Shown: piece after piece, positions 26,087 through 36,394 of the stretch
Layout of the letters: each line of letters begins with the position of its first letter
Position numbering within the stretch: position 1 is the first letter of the stretch
Origin: an uncultured cyanobacterium
GTDB taxonomy: Bacteria; Cyanobacteriota; Cyanobacteriia; Cyanobacteriales; Cyanobacteriaceae
DNA: 64,000 nt
NCBI GenBank assembly: GCA_963710605.1
Contig: CAVQBA010000001.1
Span: forward strand, 256,001 to 320,000
Reading direction: 5' to 3'
Made by a program: the position numbers and the translations under genes
Notes under the pieces: generated by a model
What the model was told of the DNA's origin: nothing
The model's database searches: none
What the model saw: only the letters and a program-made list of their open reading frames with translations

Positions 26087-26293
26087 TTATTTGTCTGTGT
26101 ATAGTGAGGCATAAGTCAATGCTTGGTAAATATCTTCTATTTCTAGATAAGGATAAGCATTTAGTATTTTTTTGAACGAATGTCGAGAAGCCATTAAACC
26201 TAAAATTGTGCTGATTGTCACTCGCATTCCTCTTATACAGGGTTTACCCCCCATTACGTCTGGATTTATCGTAATTCTGTCTAAATTATTCAT
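26087..26293 (-). CDS. DUF433 antitoxin (VapB45-type)
   Basis: RITINPDVMGGKPCIRGMRVT. Confidence 0.9.
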   Translation of the reverse strand: MNNLDRITINPDVMGGKPCIRGMRVTISTILGLMASRHSFKKILNAYPYLEIEDIYQALTYASLYTDK

Positions 26294-26646
26294 TTTTTAT
26301 TTTTTTGGGCAGATTTAGCTAATTTATCGTCTATAACGAAGGGCAAGGGGAAAAGGGCAAAGGGCAAAGGTAAAATGCTCATATGGTAAAAAAAATGAGC
26401 GTTTTTATACCATGTCCTAACCAACTCGTTCTCTGCTATATTTGATTCAATTCTAATCTGTTACTTTTTTAAATATACTAATTACTGTTAATTATTGATA
26501 TATGTCTTGAGGTATATATTTGTCAATCATTAATAATTGATATTTACAGCTCTAAGCTTTTTAATTCTCAATTTATACTGAGCGTTAGTCGAAGTATTCT
26601 CTTACTGAGCAATTCTCAATTATTTTTATTCCCTATTCCCTATTCC

Positions 26647-28350
26647 CTATTCCCTAATTGTGTTACGGGATTTGGCGATACGATAACTTAAGAGTATGAC
26701 GGGGAGAATACCAACAATAATAATGGCTAAAGCGGGTGCGGAGGCTTCGGTTAATCTTTCATCGGAGGCGTATTGATATACTCTAACGGCTAGGGTATCA
26801 AAGTTAAATGGACGCATAACCAGTGTTGCGGGTAATTCTTTCATCACATCCACAAAAACTAACATGACTGCGGTAAAAATGCCACTCGACATTAATGGTA
26901 AATGTACTTTAAATAAGGTGGCTAATGTTCCATTTCCTAAACTACGAGAAGCATCGTCTAAATTTGGTTTTATTTTATTTAAACTAGATTCGATCGTATT
27001 AAATGAAACTGTTAAAAATCTGACCAAATAAGCATAGATTAATCCAATAATCGTACCACTAAATAATAATCCTGTTGAGATTTGAAAATTATTATTCATA
27101 AATTTATCTAACCAGTTATCAAATCTACCTAAAGGAATCAAAATCCCCACAGCAATTACCGCTCCCGGTATTGCATAACCAATAGAGGCTACACGAACAG
27201 ATATTTTAATTATAGTAGCGGGTAAAATTCTGTAAGCATAAGCCATAATTAAAGCAATAAAAATAGCAACAAAAGCACTAACAAAAGCTAAGATCAAACT
27301 ATTTTTAGCTAAGATTAAAAAGTTTTCATTTAAGGTTATTTGATAATTTTTGATAGTTAAATCGATTAAATAAATAACAGGTACAACAAAACCTAAAAAA
27401 ACAGGTAAAAAACAACTAATTGTAGCGATCGTATTTTGCCACCAATTTAATTTATAACGCTCTAAATTTTGACGAGCGTTACCACTTTGATAATATTTAG
27501 CGTATTGGCGAGATAACTTTTCCATCACCAACAAAATTACCACGAATACCATTAAAAAAGAAGCTAGTTGAGCGGCGGCAATTCTTTCACCCATCCCAAA
27601 CCAAGTTCGATATATTCCAGTGGTGAAGGTATTAACTCCAAAATATTGGACTGTACCAAAATCATTGAGAGTTTCCATTAAAGCTAAGGCTAAACCCGCA
27701 ACAATCGAAGGGCGTGCTAAGGGTAAAGCTACTTTCAAAAAACTTTGCCAAGGATTGTAACCAAGAGAGCGACTTGCTTCTAAGGTAGAAACAGATTGTT
27801 CTAAAAAGGCAACTCTAGCCAGTAAATAAACATAAGGATAAAGTACTAAGACTAACATGACGATCGCTCCTGTAAGGTTATGAATCACAGGAAACCAATA
27901 ATCATCGATCGTTTGCCAACCGAAAATAGCCCTTAACGTAGTTTGAATAGGACCAAAATAGTCAAGCAAATTATTATAACTATAAGCCAAAATATAAGCA
28001 GGTGCGGCTAAAGGCATCAATAATAGCCATTCCCAAAAGTTCGCCAACCAAAAATCACACATGGTAATTATCCATGCACAACCAACACCAATAATTAAAA
28101 CACCGACACCAACTCCTAACATTAACCATAAGGAGTTAAAAATATAATCAGTTAATACTGTTTCTCTTAGATGTTGCCAAATTTCTTGATTATCAGCAAA
28201 AATACTACTCATCACCGTAAAAATAGGTACTGCAACGACTAAGGCAATCAAGAGTACGAAAAAATACCAGAAGTAAGTCGAGATGCGATTAAATAGTGAA
28301 GGAGAAAAAACCGTTCGAGAAAATCGGTGAAGAGAAAATATTTTGCTCAT
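26647..28350 (-). CDS. futB: Fe(III) ABC transporter permease
   Basis: Two EAA loops (LEASRSLG, DDASRSLG), METLNDFGTV, VDVMKELPATL. Confidence 0.85.
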   Translation of the reverse strand: MSKIFSLHRFSRTVFSPSLFNRISTYFWYFFVLLIALVVAVPIFTVMSSIFADNQEIWQHLRETVLTDYIFNSLWLMLGVGVGVLIIGVGCAWIITMCDFWLANFWEWLLLMPLAAPAYILAYSYNNLLDYFGPIQTTLRAIFGWQTIDDYWFPVIHNLTGAIVMLVLVLYPYVYLLARVAFLEQSVSTLEASRSLGYNPWQSFLKVALPLARPSIVAGLALALMETLNDFGTVQYFGVNTFTTGIYRTWFGMGERIAAAQLASFLMVFVVILLVMEKLSRQYAKYYQSGNARQNLERYKLNWWQNTIATISCFLPVFLGFVVPVIYLIDLTIKNYQITLNENFLILAKNSLILAFVSAFVAIFIALIMAYAYRILPATIIKISVRVASIGYAIPGAVIAVGILIPLGRFDNWLDKFMNNNFQISTGLLFSGTIIGLIYAYLVRFLTVSFNTIESSLNKIKPNLDDASRSLGNGTLATLFKVHLPLMSSGIFTAVMLVFVDVMKELPATLVMRPFNFDTLAVRVYQYASDERLTEASAPALAIIIVGILPVILLSYRIAKSRNTIRE

Positions 28351-28482
28351 ACAAAAATGACGAATTGGCAATTATTTTTACATTTAAATAACAAATTGAG
28401 AAATTAGAGTTATTTTTGATTTTTTCAACAAAAAAAGTAATCTTATTAGCTAATAATTTGCGGTTAATAAAATAATTACTCT

Positions 28483-28752
28483 TTACTCACCCACAACTAA
28501 ATTCCATTGATGTAACTCATACTCAACACATTGATTATAAACTAAAGGATCTTGAGAAACGATCGATTTAGCTTCTGAGAGTGAATCAGCTTGAAAAATT
28601 AGCATTCCGCCACCGTATTCTGCCCAATATCCACTTTTTGCTTGATATCCTTTTTGGGCTAATTCTTTGACGTAATCAATATGTGCCGAGACATATCGAT
28701 CGAAAATTTCTTTATTGACAATTCCTTTTTCAATTTTGACAAACCAAGCCAT
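28483..28752 (-). CDS. YciI family protein
   Basis: H..YV..L...SGYW...GGGMLIF.A.S..EA......DP; ATG at 28752 preferred (upstream is a tandem repeat). Confidence 0.8.
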   Translation of the reverse strand: MAWFVKIEKGIVNKEIFDRYVSAHIDYVKELAQKGYQAKSGYWAEYGGGMLIFQADSLSEAKSIVSQDPLVYNQCVEYELHQWNLVVGE

Positions 28753-29180
28753 GACAGATAATGAATAATGAATAATGAATAATGCTATTATCAATTATCA
28801 ATGATTTGAAGCAATCTCAAATATATTTTTTTTAGCTCTAAGCTTTAAGTAAGAATTACTATAATCATCTTTTTAACTAACAGCTTCAAAGTTAACGTGA
28901 TATTAACGTATATGGTTAGCCTTGAACTTAAGTTCAAGGCTTAGATAAAATCGTTCAATAAATTGAACTCAAATTATGTCCTATCGTCGTTTAAAAAAAG
29001 AATTGAGATAGTCTCAATAATTGTCAAAATGTGAACAGCACCAAGAAGTTGTCTCATTTTTATTTAAAATAACTATAACCTTCTCCTCTGGTTTTTTACT
29101 ATAACAAGGGTGCTTATATCTAACAAAAAATGGACGATCGATTATCAATCATCCATTATTAATTATTAATTATTAATTAC

Positions 29181-29717
29181 TTAATAAGCATCTTGTAATT
29201 CATAAAAATCAGGAGAAACATAATCTTTACGTAATGGCCAACCAATCCAATCTTCAGGCATCAAAATACGCTTCAAATTAGGGTGTCCTTCATAGATAAC
29301 GCCATACATATCATAACTTTCTCTTTCTTGCCAATCAGCGGCTTTCCAAATCCAGTACAGTGAAGGAACTTTAGGCTCTGCACGATCTAAATAGACTTTA
29401 ATTCTTACTTCTTCAGATTCAGTAACATCATCACTAACTTTAGTTAAATGATAAAAGCTAACTAACTGTTTACCAGCACCTAAATCATAAACACCTTGAC
29501 ATTGAAGATAATTAAAACCATAAGCATTTAAAGCCGTTGCCACAGGAATCAAAAATTCTGCTTCAACTTTAATCAACTCTACACCTATGTGATCTGATTC
29601 TAAGGCTTCGTTGTCAAAACCATTTTCGGTTAACCATTGAGAAGTAGCACCAATTTCGACAATTTCGCCACCTTCTTGGTTTTCATTTTCGTTGTTGTTT
29701 TGATTTTCTTCTGCCAT
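29181..29717 (-). CDS. ndhJ: NDH-1 subunit J
   Basis: [37 protein letters not shown]. Confidence 0.96.
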   Translation of the reverse strand: MAEENQNNNENENQEGGEIVEIGATSQWLTENGFDNEALESDHIGVELIKVEAEFLIPVATALNAYGFNYLQCQGVYDLGAGKQLVSFYHLTKVSDDVTESEEVRIKVYLDRAEPKVPSLYWIWKAADWQERESYDMYGVIYEGHPNLKRILMPEDWIGWPLRKDYVSPDFYELQDAY

Positions 29718-29727
29718 AACTAATTAT

Positions 29728-30468
29728 TTAAGCCTCTTCTTTTGTTTTAGTTGCTTCTAGTGCCTCATTAATAGGCTCTCCTATACCGCCAGTCAACTCA
29801 GCAGGAGGATTATTTCTACCTTCTGCACGAATATATTTACCTGTCAAAATAGGTGCGACAGATTTCATACTGTGAGTTGTGGAATAATATCTGTGAGTTT
29901 GAACTTGAATATTACCTCTTTCTTGTATTGTTTCGTTAGCTACTTTTTTTCTCAATTTAACGATCGCATCAAAAATAGCTTCAGGGCGAGGAGGGCAACC
30001 AGGAATATATAAATCCACAGGGATTAATTTATCCACTCCACGTACAGCGGTAGTTGAGTCAGCACTAAACATTCCGCCTGTAATGGTACAAGCACCCATG
30101 GCGATCACATATTTAGGTTCTGGCATCTCTTCGTACAAACGAACTAAAGCAGGAGCCATCTTCATTGTGACTGTTCCCGCTACGATGATTAAATCAGCTT
30201 GACGTGGGCTAGAACGAGGTACTAAGCCAAAACGATCGAAATCGAAACGAGAGCCGATTAAAGCCGCAAATTCGATGAAACAACAAGCTGTACCATAAAG
30301 TAAGGGCCAAAGACTAGAAAGTCTCGCCCAGTTATGTAAATCATCAACAGTAGTGAGAATGATGTTTTCGGATAAATCTTGAGTTACCTGAGAGCGTGCC
30401 GCAGGATTCAAAATTCTTTCTCTGGTTTGATTTTCTAAAGTTGCTAAATCTTGATTAGGAACATTCAT
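29728..30468 (-). CDS. ndhK: NDH-1 subunit K
   Basis: [31 protein letters not shown]. Confidence 0.96.
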   Translation of the reverse strand: MNVPNQDLATLENQTRERILNPAARSQVTQDLSENIILTTVDDLHNWARLSSLWPLLYGTACCFIEFAALIGSRFDFDRFGLVPRSSPRQADLIIVAGTVTMKMAPALVRLYEEMPEPKYVIAMGACTITGGMFSADSTTAVRGVDKLIPVDLYIPGCPPRPEAIFDAIVKLRKKVANETIQERGNIQVQTHRYYSTTHSMKSVAPILTGKYIRAEGRNNPPAELTGGIGEPINEALEATKTKEEA

Positions 30469-30655
30469 AATATTTTTGTTATATGCCGTTACTTCTATTC
30501 TAGAATAATGCTTCTCACAAGTTAAGGAAAATTGAATTAACCATCAAAGTTTAACAGCGAGAAGACAAAGTTTCCTTCTGTTGAATCTAAAAACCTGAGT
30601 TATTCAATTAGTTGGAAAATTATTATTAATTATTAATTATTAATTATTAATTAGA

Positions 30656-31018
30656 TTATGACCATTCTAAAGCACCTTTACGCCAAGCATAGACAAGAGC
30701 GATGACTAAAATAGCGATAAAAATTAATGCTTCAATAAAAGCAAACAAACCCAAACTACTAAAAGCTACTGCCCAAGGATAAAGAAATACTGTCTCTACA
30801 TCAAAGACAACAAAAACTAAAGCAAACATATAATAACGAATATTAAATTGAATCCAAGCACCACCAATTGGCTCCATACCTGACTCGTAAGTAGTACGTC
30901 TTTCGGCACCACCACCTTCTGGACGTAAAAGTTTAGAAGCTGTCAATGCTAAAATTGGCACAGAAGCACTTAAAAGTAAAAAACCTAAAAAATATTCGTA
31001 ACCATTAAGAACAAACAT
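30656..31018 (-). CDS. ndhC: NDH-1 subunit 3
   Basis: YESGMEP...[15 protein letters not shown]...WRKGALEWS. Confidence 0.96.
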   Translation of the reverse strand: MFVLNGYEYFLGFLLLSASVPILALTASKLLRPEGGGAERRTTYESGMEPIGGAWIQFNIRYYMFALVFVVFDVETVFLYPWAVAFSSLGLFAFIEALIFIAILVIALVYAWRKGALEWS

Positions 31019-31463
31019 ATGATGTTGATTGGACTCCGATTAATTAATCAATTGTGATAAATGATAACTAAAAAACTAGGTTAACTAAACCCCGATCGTG
31101 ATTTTAAGTTCAGTACTCGATCGATTTTAAAAATAAATTCAAGAATATAACCATTAAAATTAGTAAATATATTTAGCTAAAAATGATGGTATTTTCGACT
31201 GTAATTCAATTGTTGTTCACCAACATTTATCATCAACAGTTATAATATTTTTTAACCTTAAAAAACTGAGTCAAATCCTGATTGTGTTTAGTCAATACCG
31301 ATTTCGAGTTAATTTATCCAAATCTTGATTTAATTATAGAAGGTTTATGTTAGGATTAAGCACAGTTATTTTGGAATAAGTAGCTAAACCTTTATCTAAA
31401 AATTTATTTTAACTCCACTCTATCTTTGTCTAGCAATATATTAATTGATTAAATTTAAATACT

Positions 31464-33398
31464 GTGTCATCTACAACTATTAAAAGCAAAACCAATCAGC
31501 AAGTTCCCCGCAAACCTAATTTTTTAGCAGGGGTAGCTAAAGTTGCAACAGGTACTTTCTTAGGTTTAACATTATTAAGCACTTCAGCCGTCGCTGGCGG
31601 ATTAGTTGGTTTAGCCATCAGTTTCCGCAATTTACCCGATGTTAGGGTAATGAAAAGTTATCTTCCTTCACAAACTAGTCGTGTTTATGATATTAAAGGT
31701 AGATTACTCACAACATATCACTCGGAAGAAAATCGTACAGTTGTACCTTTAAATGAAATTTCGCCTCAACTTAAAAGAGCAGTTTTAGCGATCGAAGATA
31801 GTAATTTTTATACTCACAATGGTATCAACCCCACCAGTATTGCTAGGGCAGTAGTAGTAAATTATCAAAGTGGTGAAGTAGTAGAAGGTGCATCAACAAT
31901 TACGATGCAATTGGTTAAAAATATCTTTCTTTCTCATCAACGAACATTTAGCCGTAAATTGTCAGAAGCCGTTTTAGCGATGCGGGTAGAGCAAGTATTT
32001 TCTAAAAATCAAATTTTAGAATCTTATCTAAACAATATTTATTGGGGACATAACAACTACGGTGCAGAAACTGCCGCCCAAAGTTATTTCTACAAATCAG
32101 CGAAAGACTTAACCCTACCAGAAGCGGCAATGATGGCGGGTATTATTCAAGCACCAGAAGCTTTTAGCCCCTTTACTGACTATTCGATCGCTAAAAGAAG
32201 ACAAGCTTTAGTTTTAGACAGAATGGCAACAATTGGTTGGATTACACCCGAAGAAGCCGAAGAAGCAAAAAATGCTAAATTATTAGTTGGTAAACCCACT
32301 GCTTGGAAAAAAAGTCAACTTCCTTACGTTACAGATTCAGTTAAAGTTGAATTGATTAAACGTTTTGGTTCAGAAACAGTCCTAAAAGGCGGAATCAACG
32401 TCCAAACAACGATCGATTATCAAATGCAAAAAGATGCCGAAGAAATGGTCAGAAATGCCCATTACCGCTTACGTCGTCGTGGGGTAAGAGCCGATCAAGT
32501 CGCCTTAGTAGCGATCGATCCTCGAACACATTTTGTTAAAACAATTGTCGGGGGAATTAACTACGAAAAAAGTCAATTCAACCGTGTAATGCAATCACGT
32601 CGTCAACCCGGTTCAGCTTTTAAACCTTTTGTTTATTACACCGCTTTTGCCAGTGGTAAATACACCCCTTATAGTTCAATTCCTAACGTCTCTAGAGGAT
32701 ATAGAGAAGGCAATGGTTATTATCGCCCTGAAAACTACGGCGGTAGCTTTGGTGGTGGAAATGTTTCTATTGTTCAAGCTTTGAGTACTTCTTTAAATAT
32801 TCCTGCGGTTGTATTAGGGCAAAGAGTCGGTTTAGATAAAGTAATTGAAACCACGAGTGTTTTAGGAATTAAAAGCCCTTTAAGCCCCGTTGTTTCCTTA
32901 CCATTAGGACCTATCGGTGTCACCCCGATGGAAATGGCAACCGCTTATGCTACTTTTGCTAGTAATGGTTGGCAATCACCGACAACAATGATTGTTCAAG
33001 CAACTGATAGTATGGGGAATGTGATTTTAGATAATACTCCTAAACCCAAACTAGTCTTAAATGAATGGGCAACCGCATCTTTAAATAGCAGTTTAAGAAG
33101 AGTACTCGCTCCTGGTGGTACTGCTCCTAATGCTAGTATTGGTCGTCCTGCCGCAGGTAAAACAGGTACTACCTCCAATGAAAAAGATGTTTGGTTTGTG
33201 GGTTATGTACCACAACTTTCGGTTGCTGTTTGGATTGGTAACGATGATTTTCGTCGTACTTTAGGTAGAGGTGTCACAGGTGGTGGATTTGCCGCCCCAA
33301 TTTGGAAACAGTTTATGTATAAAGCTTTGAAAGATGAACCGATTCAACACTTTCCTTCTGCTTCTAGTTTTACTCGCCCTAAACCTGTGAAAAAATAG
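31464..33398 (+). CDS. Class A penicillin-binding protein (PBP1A family)
   Basis: AIEDSNF..H.G, GASTITMQL, SAFK, KTGT motifs. Confidence 0.92.
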   Translation: MSSTTIKSKTNQQVPRKPNFLAGVAKVATGTFLGLTLLSTSAVAGGLVGLAISFRNLPDVRVMKSYLPSQTSRVYDIKGRLLTTYHSEENRTVVPLNEISPQLKRAVLAIEDSNFYTHNGINPTSIARAVVVNYQSGEVVEGASTITMQLVKNIFLSHQRTFSRKLSEAVLAMRVEQVFSKNQILESYLNNIYWGHNNYGAETAAQSYFYKSAKDLTLPEAAMMAGIIQAPEAFSPFTDYSIAKRRQALVLDRMATIGWITPEEAEEAKNAKLLVGKPTAWKKSQLPYVTDSVKVELIKRFGSETVLKGGINVQTTIDYQMQKDAEEMVRNAHYRLRRRGVRADQVALVAIDPRTHFVKTIVGGINYEKSQFNRVMQSRRQPGSAFKPFVYYTAFASGKYTPYSSIPNVSRGYREGNGYYRPENYGGSFGGGNVSIVQALSTSLNIPAVVLGQRVGLDKVIETTSVLGIKSPLSPVVSLPLGPIGVTPMEMATAYATFASNGWQSPTTMIVQATDSMGNVILDNTPKPKLVLNEWATASLNSSLRRVLAPGGTAPNASIGRPAAGKTGTTSNEKDVWFVGYVPQLSVAVWIGNDDFRRTLGRGVTGGGFAAPIWKQFMYKALKDEPIQHFPSASSFTRPKPVKK

Positions 33399-33410
33399 AG
33401 TTGAAAAATT

Positions 33411-33806
33411 TTGAGCCAAACTAATTTAGATTTAGCCATTAAACAATTTAATCAAAGGGAATTTTATGCGTGCCATGATACTTTAGAAGAAATTTGGCTT
33501 GAATCGATCGAGCCTGACAAAACTTTTTATCAAGGTATCTTACAAGTTGCGGTGGGTTGTTATCATTTTGGTAATGGTAATTGGCGTGGGGCAGTAATTC
33601 TTTTAGGAGAAGGGATGCGTAAATTAATCTCTTATGAGCCTGATTATCTAGAGGTTGATGTAACTCAATTGACCGATCAAAGTAATGATTTACTGATTGC
33701 TTTACAAAAAATTGAACCTGAAACTGTTACTCAATTTTATCAGCAATTACTCGATCGACAATTAGAGAATAATCTTGATTTTCCTGTAATTCAAACCATT
33801 TCTTGA
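33411..33806 (+). CDS. DUF309 protein
   Basis: FN..EFYACHDTLEEIW...YQGILQVAV. Confidence 0.85.
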   Translation: MSQTNLDLAIKQFNQREFYACHDTLEEIWLESIEPDKTFYQGILQVAVGCYHFGNGNWRGAVILLGEGMRKLISYEPDYLEVDVTQLTDQSNDLLIALQKIEPETVTQFYQQLLDRQLENNLDFPVIQTIS

Positions 33807-33880
33807 TTTTTATCTTTTCTAACTAAATATCTTGCAAAATTAGTCAAAAATCGTTAGACTAGTTATGAATGTCAAAAAAT

Positions 33881-33954
33881 GGGTGCGTAGCTCAGATGGA
33901 TAGAGCAACTGCCTTCTAAGCAGTCGGTCACAGGTTCGAATCCTGTCGCACCCG
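33881..33954 (+). tRNA. trnR: tRNA-Arg(TCT)
   Basis: GGGTGCG acceptor pairs with CGCACCC; anticodon loop CTTCTAA; GGTTCGAATCC T-loop. Confidence 0.97.
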
Positions 33955-34019
33955 TATTACTCTACTAAAAAATATTCAAATTAGAGACAAGGTATGCCTT
34001 GTATCTACTGATTTTTTGT

Positions 34020-35435
34020 TTATTTGTTTAATCTTGCCGACATTAATGGTAATATTGCCTCGATACCTTCTGTTAAGGCACTTCCTACAATTTCACATCG
34101 ATCGTGGTAAATATCTTCAGTTATAGTAGAAACATCCTCAAACTCTGATAATTGAACTAAAAGTCGATCGATTTCGACGGTAAAAATATTACGTTGATAA
34201 AAATCTGTCATAATCATTTGATCAACATCCGCATAAATAGAAGCAAATTGCACCACTTGAGTTAGTCTAGTTAAAATTCCGCCACCATAACCATAAACAT
34301 CATTTTCAAATTCGGGAATATTTTCTATTGGTGGTAACTTATCCTTGTTTTGTTTCAATACAGCTAAAAAAGCCTGATAAAATATATCTGCCTCCTCAGG
34401 TGTAGTTGTCCAATATCCATCCTCATCATCTGTATTTCGTACATCCAATACTGAGACTAAAGGGCGTAAACTATTTTCTTGTTGAGCTATTTCTAGCCAG
34501 TTTTGATTATCATCAGCTTGAGTTAGGTATTTATTTAAAAATCCATGCCCAAAACCTGCATAGCTATGAGGTTCGATTATAATCGGTTGAGTTGCACTTA
34601 ACCGAGACAAAGCACCTCTAACCGCACCTGTAACTTTAAGACTAAAACAATGATTTTCTAAAATTTTATTTCTAATTTCCCAAGGCGGTAATTGATTATT
34701 TTGATAAATGAAGTCGCCTCGATAAGTTTGAGTATTTAACCAACAATCTACTTGTTTGTTTTGTAAATATTCGATCGTTGTTTCTTCGGTTGTCGGCAGA
34801 GGGCGATTACCATTACAGATAATTAGATTCCATAAAAATGCTGTACCCATCACAGGCGTATATTTTGGTGTCTTTGTTCGCCATAAATAAGCGATTAATT
34901 CTTTTACTCCCACATCCGATTGTCTTATTGCTGTATAAGGATGTGCTTGATAAATCGGTTTGTCTGTGACTATTTTGGGGTTAATAAGCTCTTTAACTAC
35001 ATCAGGAATACTTGTACCTGCATGAACCGCATCGATCGCAATTAAGGGGCTTTTTAGTGAGGGTAAAATAAGTTGTTGAGCTATTTGCTTTGGTTTAACA
35101 AAAGACAGACAAACACCTTCATTGTCATAAATATAAAGACTGTCTTGAATAAGAGTAAGATTGACTTTGCCTTCTTTTTCTAAATATGGTTTAGTGATAA
35201 GTGCGATCGCATCTTGGATTTGCCATGAATCGATCGTTTTTTCTTGAGCAGAATTAGTAATTTTTGTAGTTGGTTGAATACGATCGATATTACTCAAAAT
35301 AAATTCAGTAACTTGATCTATTTTCGTCAAACAATAAACTTTTTCACTTAATTTCCCTCCTGATAAAAGAGTAATTAATTCTTGAGTTGCAGGGGGAATT
35401 ACTGGTTTTTTTTGAATCAAAGAATCAATTAACAT
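34020..35435 (-). CDS. Divergent N-formylglutamate amidohydrolase-like (Zn hydrolase fold) protein with ~125 aa unknown N-terminal domain
   Basis: Ordered motifs AVHAGTSIP, SDVGV, CNGNR, EPHS, RPLVSVLD, NDVYGYGGGILTR, VEIDRLL parallel the HutG/FGase pattern (PHxG, DxxV, DxNR, DxHS, RPD, NxPYxGG, IEIxR). Confidence 0.6.
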   Translation of the reverse strand: MLIDSLIQKKPVIPPATQELITLLSGGKLSEKVYCLTKIDQVTEFILSNIDRIQPTTKITNSAQEKTIDSWQIQDAIALITKPYLEKEGKVNLTLIQDSLYIYDNEGVCLSFVKPKQIAQQLILPSLKSPLIAIDAVHAGTSIPDVVKELINPKIVTDKPIYQAHPYTAIRQSDVGVKELIAYLWRTKTPKYTPVMGTAFLWNLIICNGNRPLPTTEETTIEYLQNKQVDCWLNTQTYRGDFIYQNNQLPPWEIRNKILENHCFSLKVTGAVRGALSRLSATQPIIIEPHSYAGFGHGFLNKYLTQADDNQNWLEIAQQENSLRPLVSVLDVRNTDDEDGYWTTTPEEADIFYQAFLAVLKQNKDKLPPIENIPEFENDVYGYGGGILTRLTQVVQFASIYADVDQMIMTDFYQRNIFTVEIDRLLVQLSEFEDVSTITEDIYHDRCEIVGSALTEGIEAILPLMSARLNK

Positions 35436-35663
35436 TCTGATGGGATTGATAAACTAAATCGTCTTAATGTAAATTATTAAATCATAATCAAAGGCAAAAA
35501 GCAGATAAAAAAGTATCGAATACGGTTATGGCTATAAAAGAAGAAAAAAAATAGCTACTATTATCTAACAAATTCGATCGCTATTTTTTTTTAATGACTC
35601 AAATCTAACTATCTCGTTATATCCCTCTAAATCTCTCTCTCTATACTTTTAAGCATTTTTTGC

Positions 35664-35758
35664 TTGCTGATGGTAACGTTTTTCTCTATAATATTTCTAT
35701 CGGTCGCAAATGCGTGAAGGAATTATTTCTCTATCTAGCTTTGACGATCGATCGGTAG
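35664..35758 (+). promoter_or_regulatory. Second copy of the CRISPR leader/promoter (-35 TTGCTG, 17 bp, -10 TATAAT)
   Basis: Ungapped similarity to 47954-48041: TCTATAATATTTCTATCGGTCGCAAATG vs TCTACAATATTTCTATCGCTCGGAAATG (25/28), shared AATTATT and CTTTGACGATCGA at the same spacing. Confidence 0.85.
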
Positions 35759-35794
35759 CTCTACCTCTATGGTGGAAATCACTTAAATTGAAAC
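35759..35794 (+). CRISPR. Solitary diverged CRISPR repeat CTCTACCTCTATGGTGGAAATCACTTAAATTGAAAC
   Basis: 29/36 identical to the array repeat, same length, stem preserved, 3' AATTGAAAC intact. Confidence 0.9.
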
Positions 35795-35879
35795 GCTCGA
35801 CTCGTTTGACGAAGCCTTCTGTGCGAAGTTTGCTCAATATTATTTTCCGTTCGATCGTCCAAGTGCGATCTAGATAAAT

Positions 35880-36371
35880 ATGAAAACAGATCTTAATAGT
35901 TTGAATCGTCAACCTTTAATAATTGCAGGTATATTACTCGGCTTAGGACAAGCTGGCTTTTTTGATGGAATTGTTTTTCATCAACTACTGCAATGGCATC
36001 ATATGTTTACTAACGTTGAAACTAGTAACACTGTTTTAGGCTTAGAATTAAATACTTTAGGTGATGGTTTATTCCATTTAGTGGACTGGCTATTTACTTT
36101 GTCTGGCTTGATAGTATTGTGGTTAGCTATTAAAAGAAATGACGTAAATCTTTCTACTGCTGTTTTGATTGGTGCTTTTTGTATTGGTGCAGGAATGTTT
36201 AACATCACCGAAGGTATATTGAGTCATCATATTCTTCAAATTCATCATGTCAAACCAGGAGAGCATCAGCTTGCATGGGATTTAAGCTTTATTGGAGCGG
36301 GGATATTATCGGTGATTATTGGCGGGATAATTCTCAACCGCCCGACTAATCTTAATCTGCCAAACAAGTAA
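35880..36371 (+). CDS. DUF2243-like His-rich membrane protein
   Basis: About 4 TM segments; FFDGIVFHQLLQWHHM, DGLFH, EGILSHHILQIHHV. Confidence 0.8.
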   Translation: MKTDLNSLNRQPLIIAGILLGLGQAGFFDGIVFHQLLQWHHMFTNVETSNTVLGLELNTLGDGLFHLVDWLFTLSGLIVLWLAIKRNDVNLSTAVLIGAFCIGAGMFNITEGILSHHILQIHHVKPGEHQLAWDLSFIGAGILSVIIGGIILNRPTNLNLPNK

Positions 36372-36394
36372 CATAAATAGATATTCAAGCCCAA

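Noticed and set aside
35804-35813. GTTTGACGAA after the solitary repeat matches the FGase-like gene copies (~35323 and ~36793) and resembles ~55291
   Set aside because: Only 10-14 nt and in the same sense as those mRNAs, so not a type III target; consistent with chance.
35697-35912. 71-aa minus-strand ORF
   Set aside because: Runs antisense through the solitary repeat and leader; no recognisable motif.
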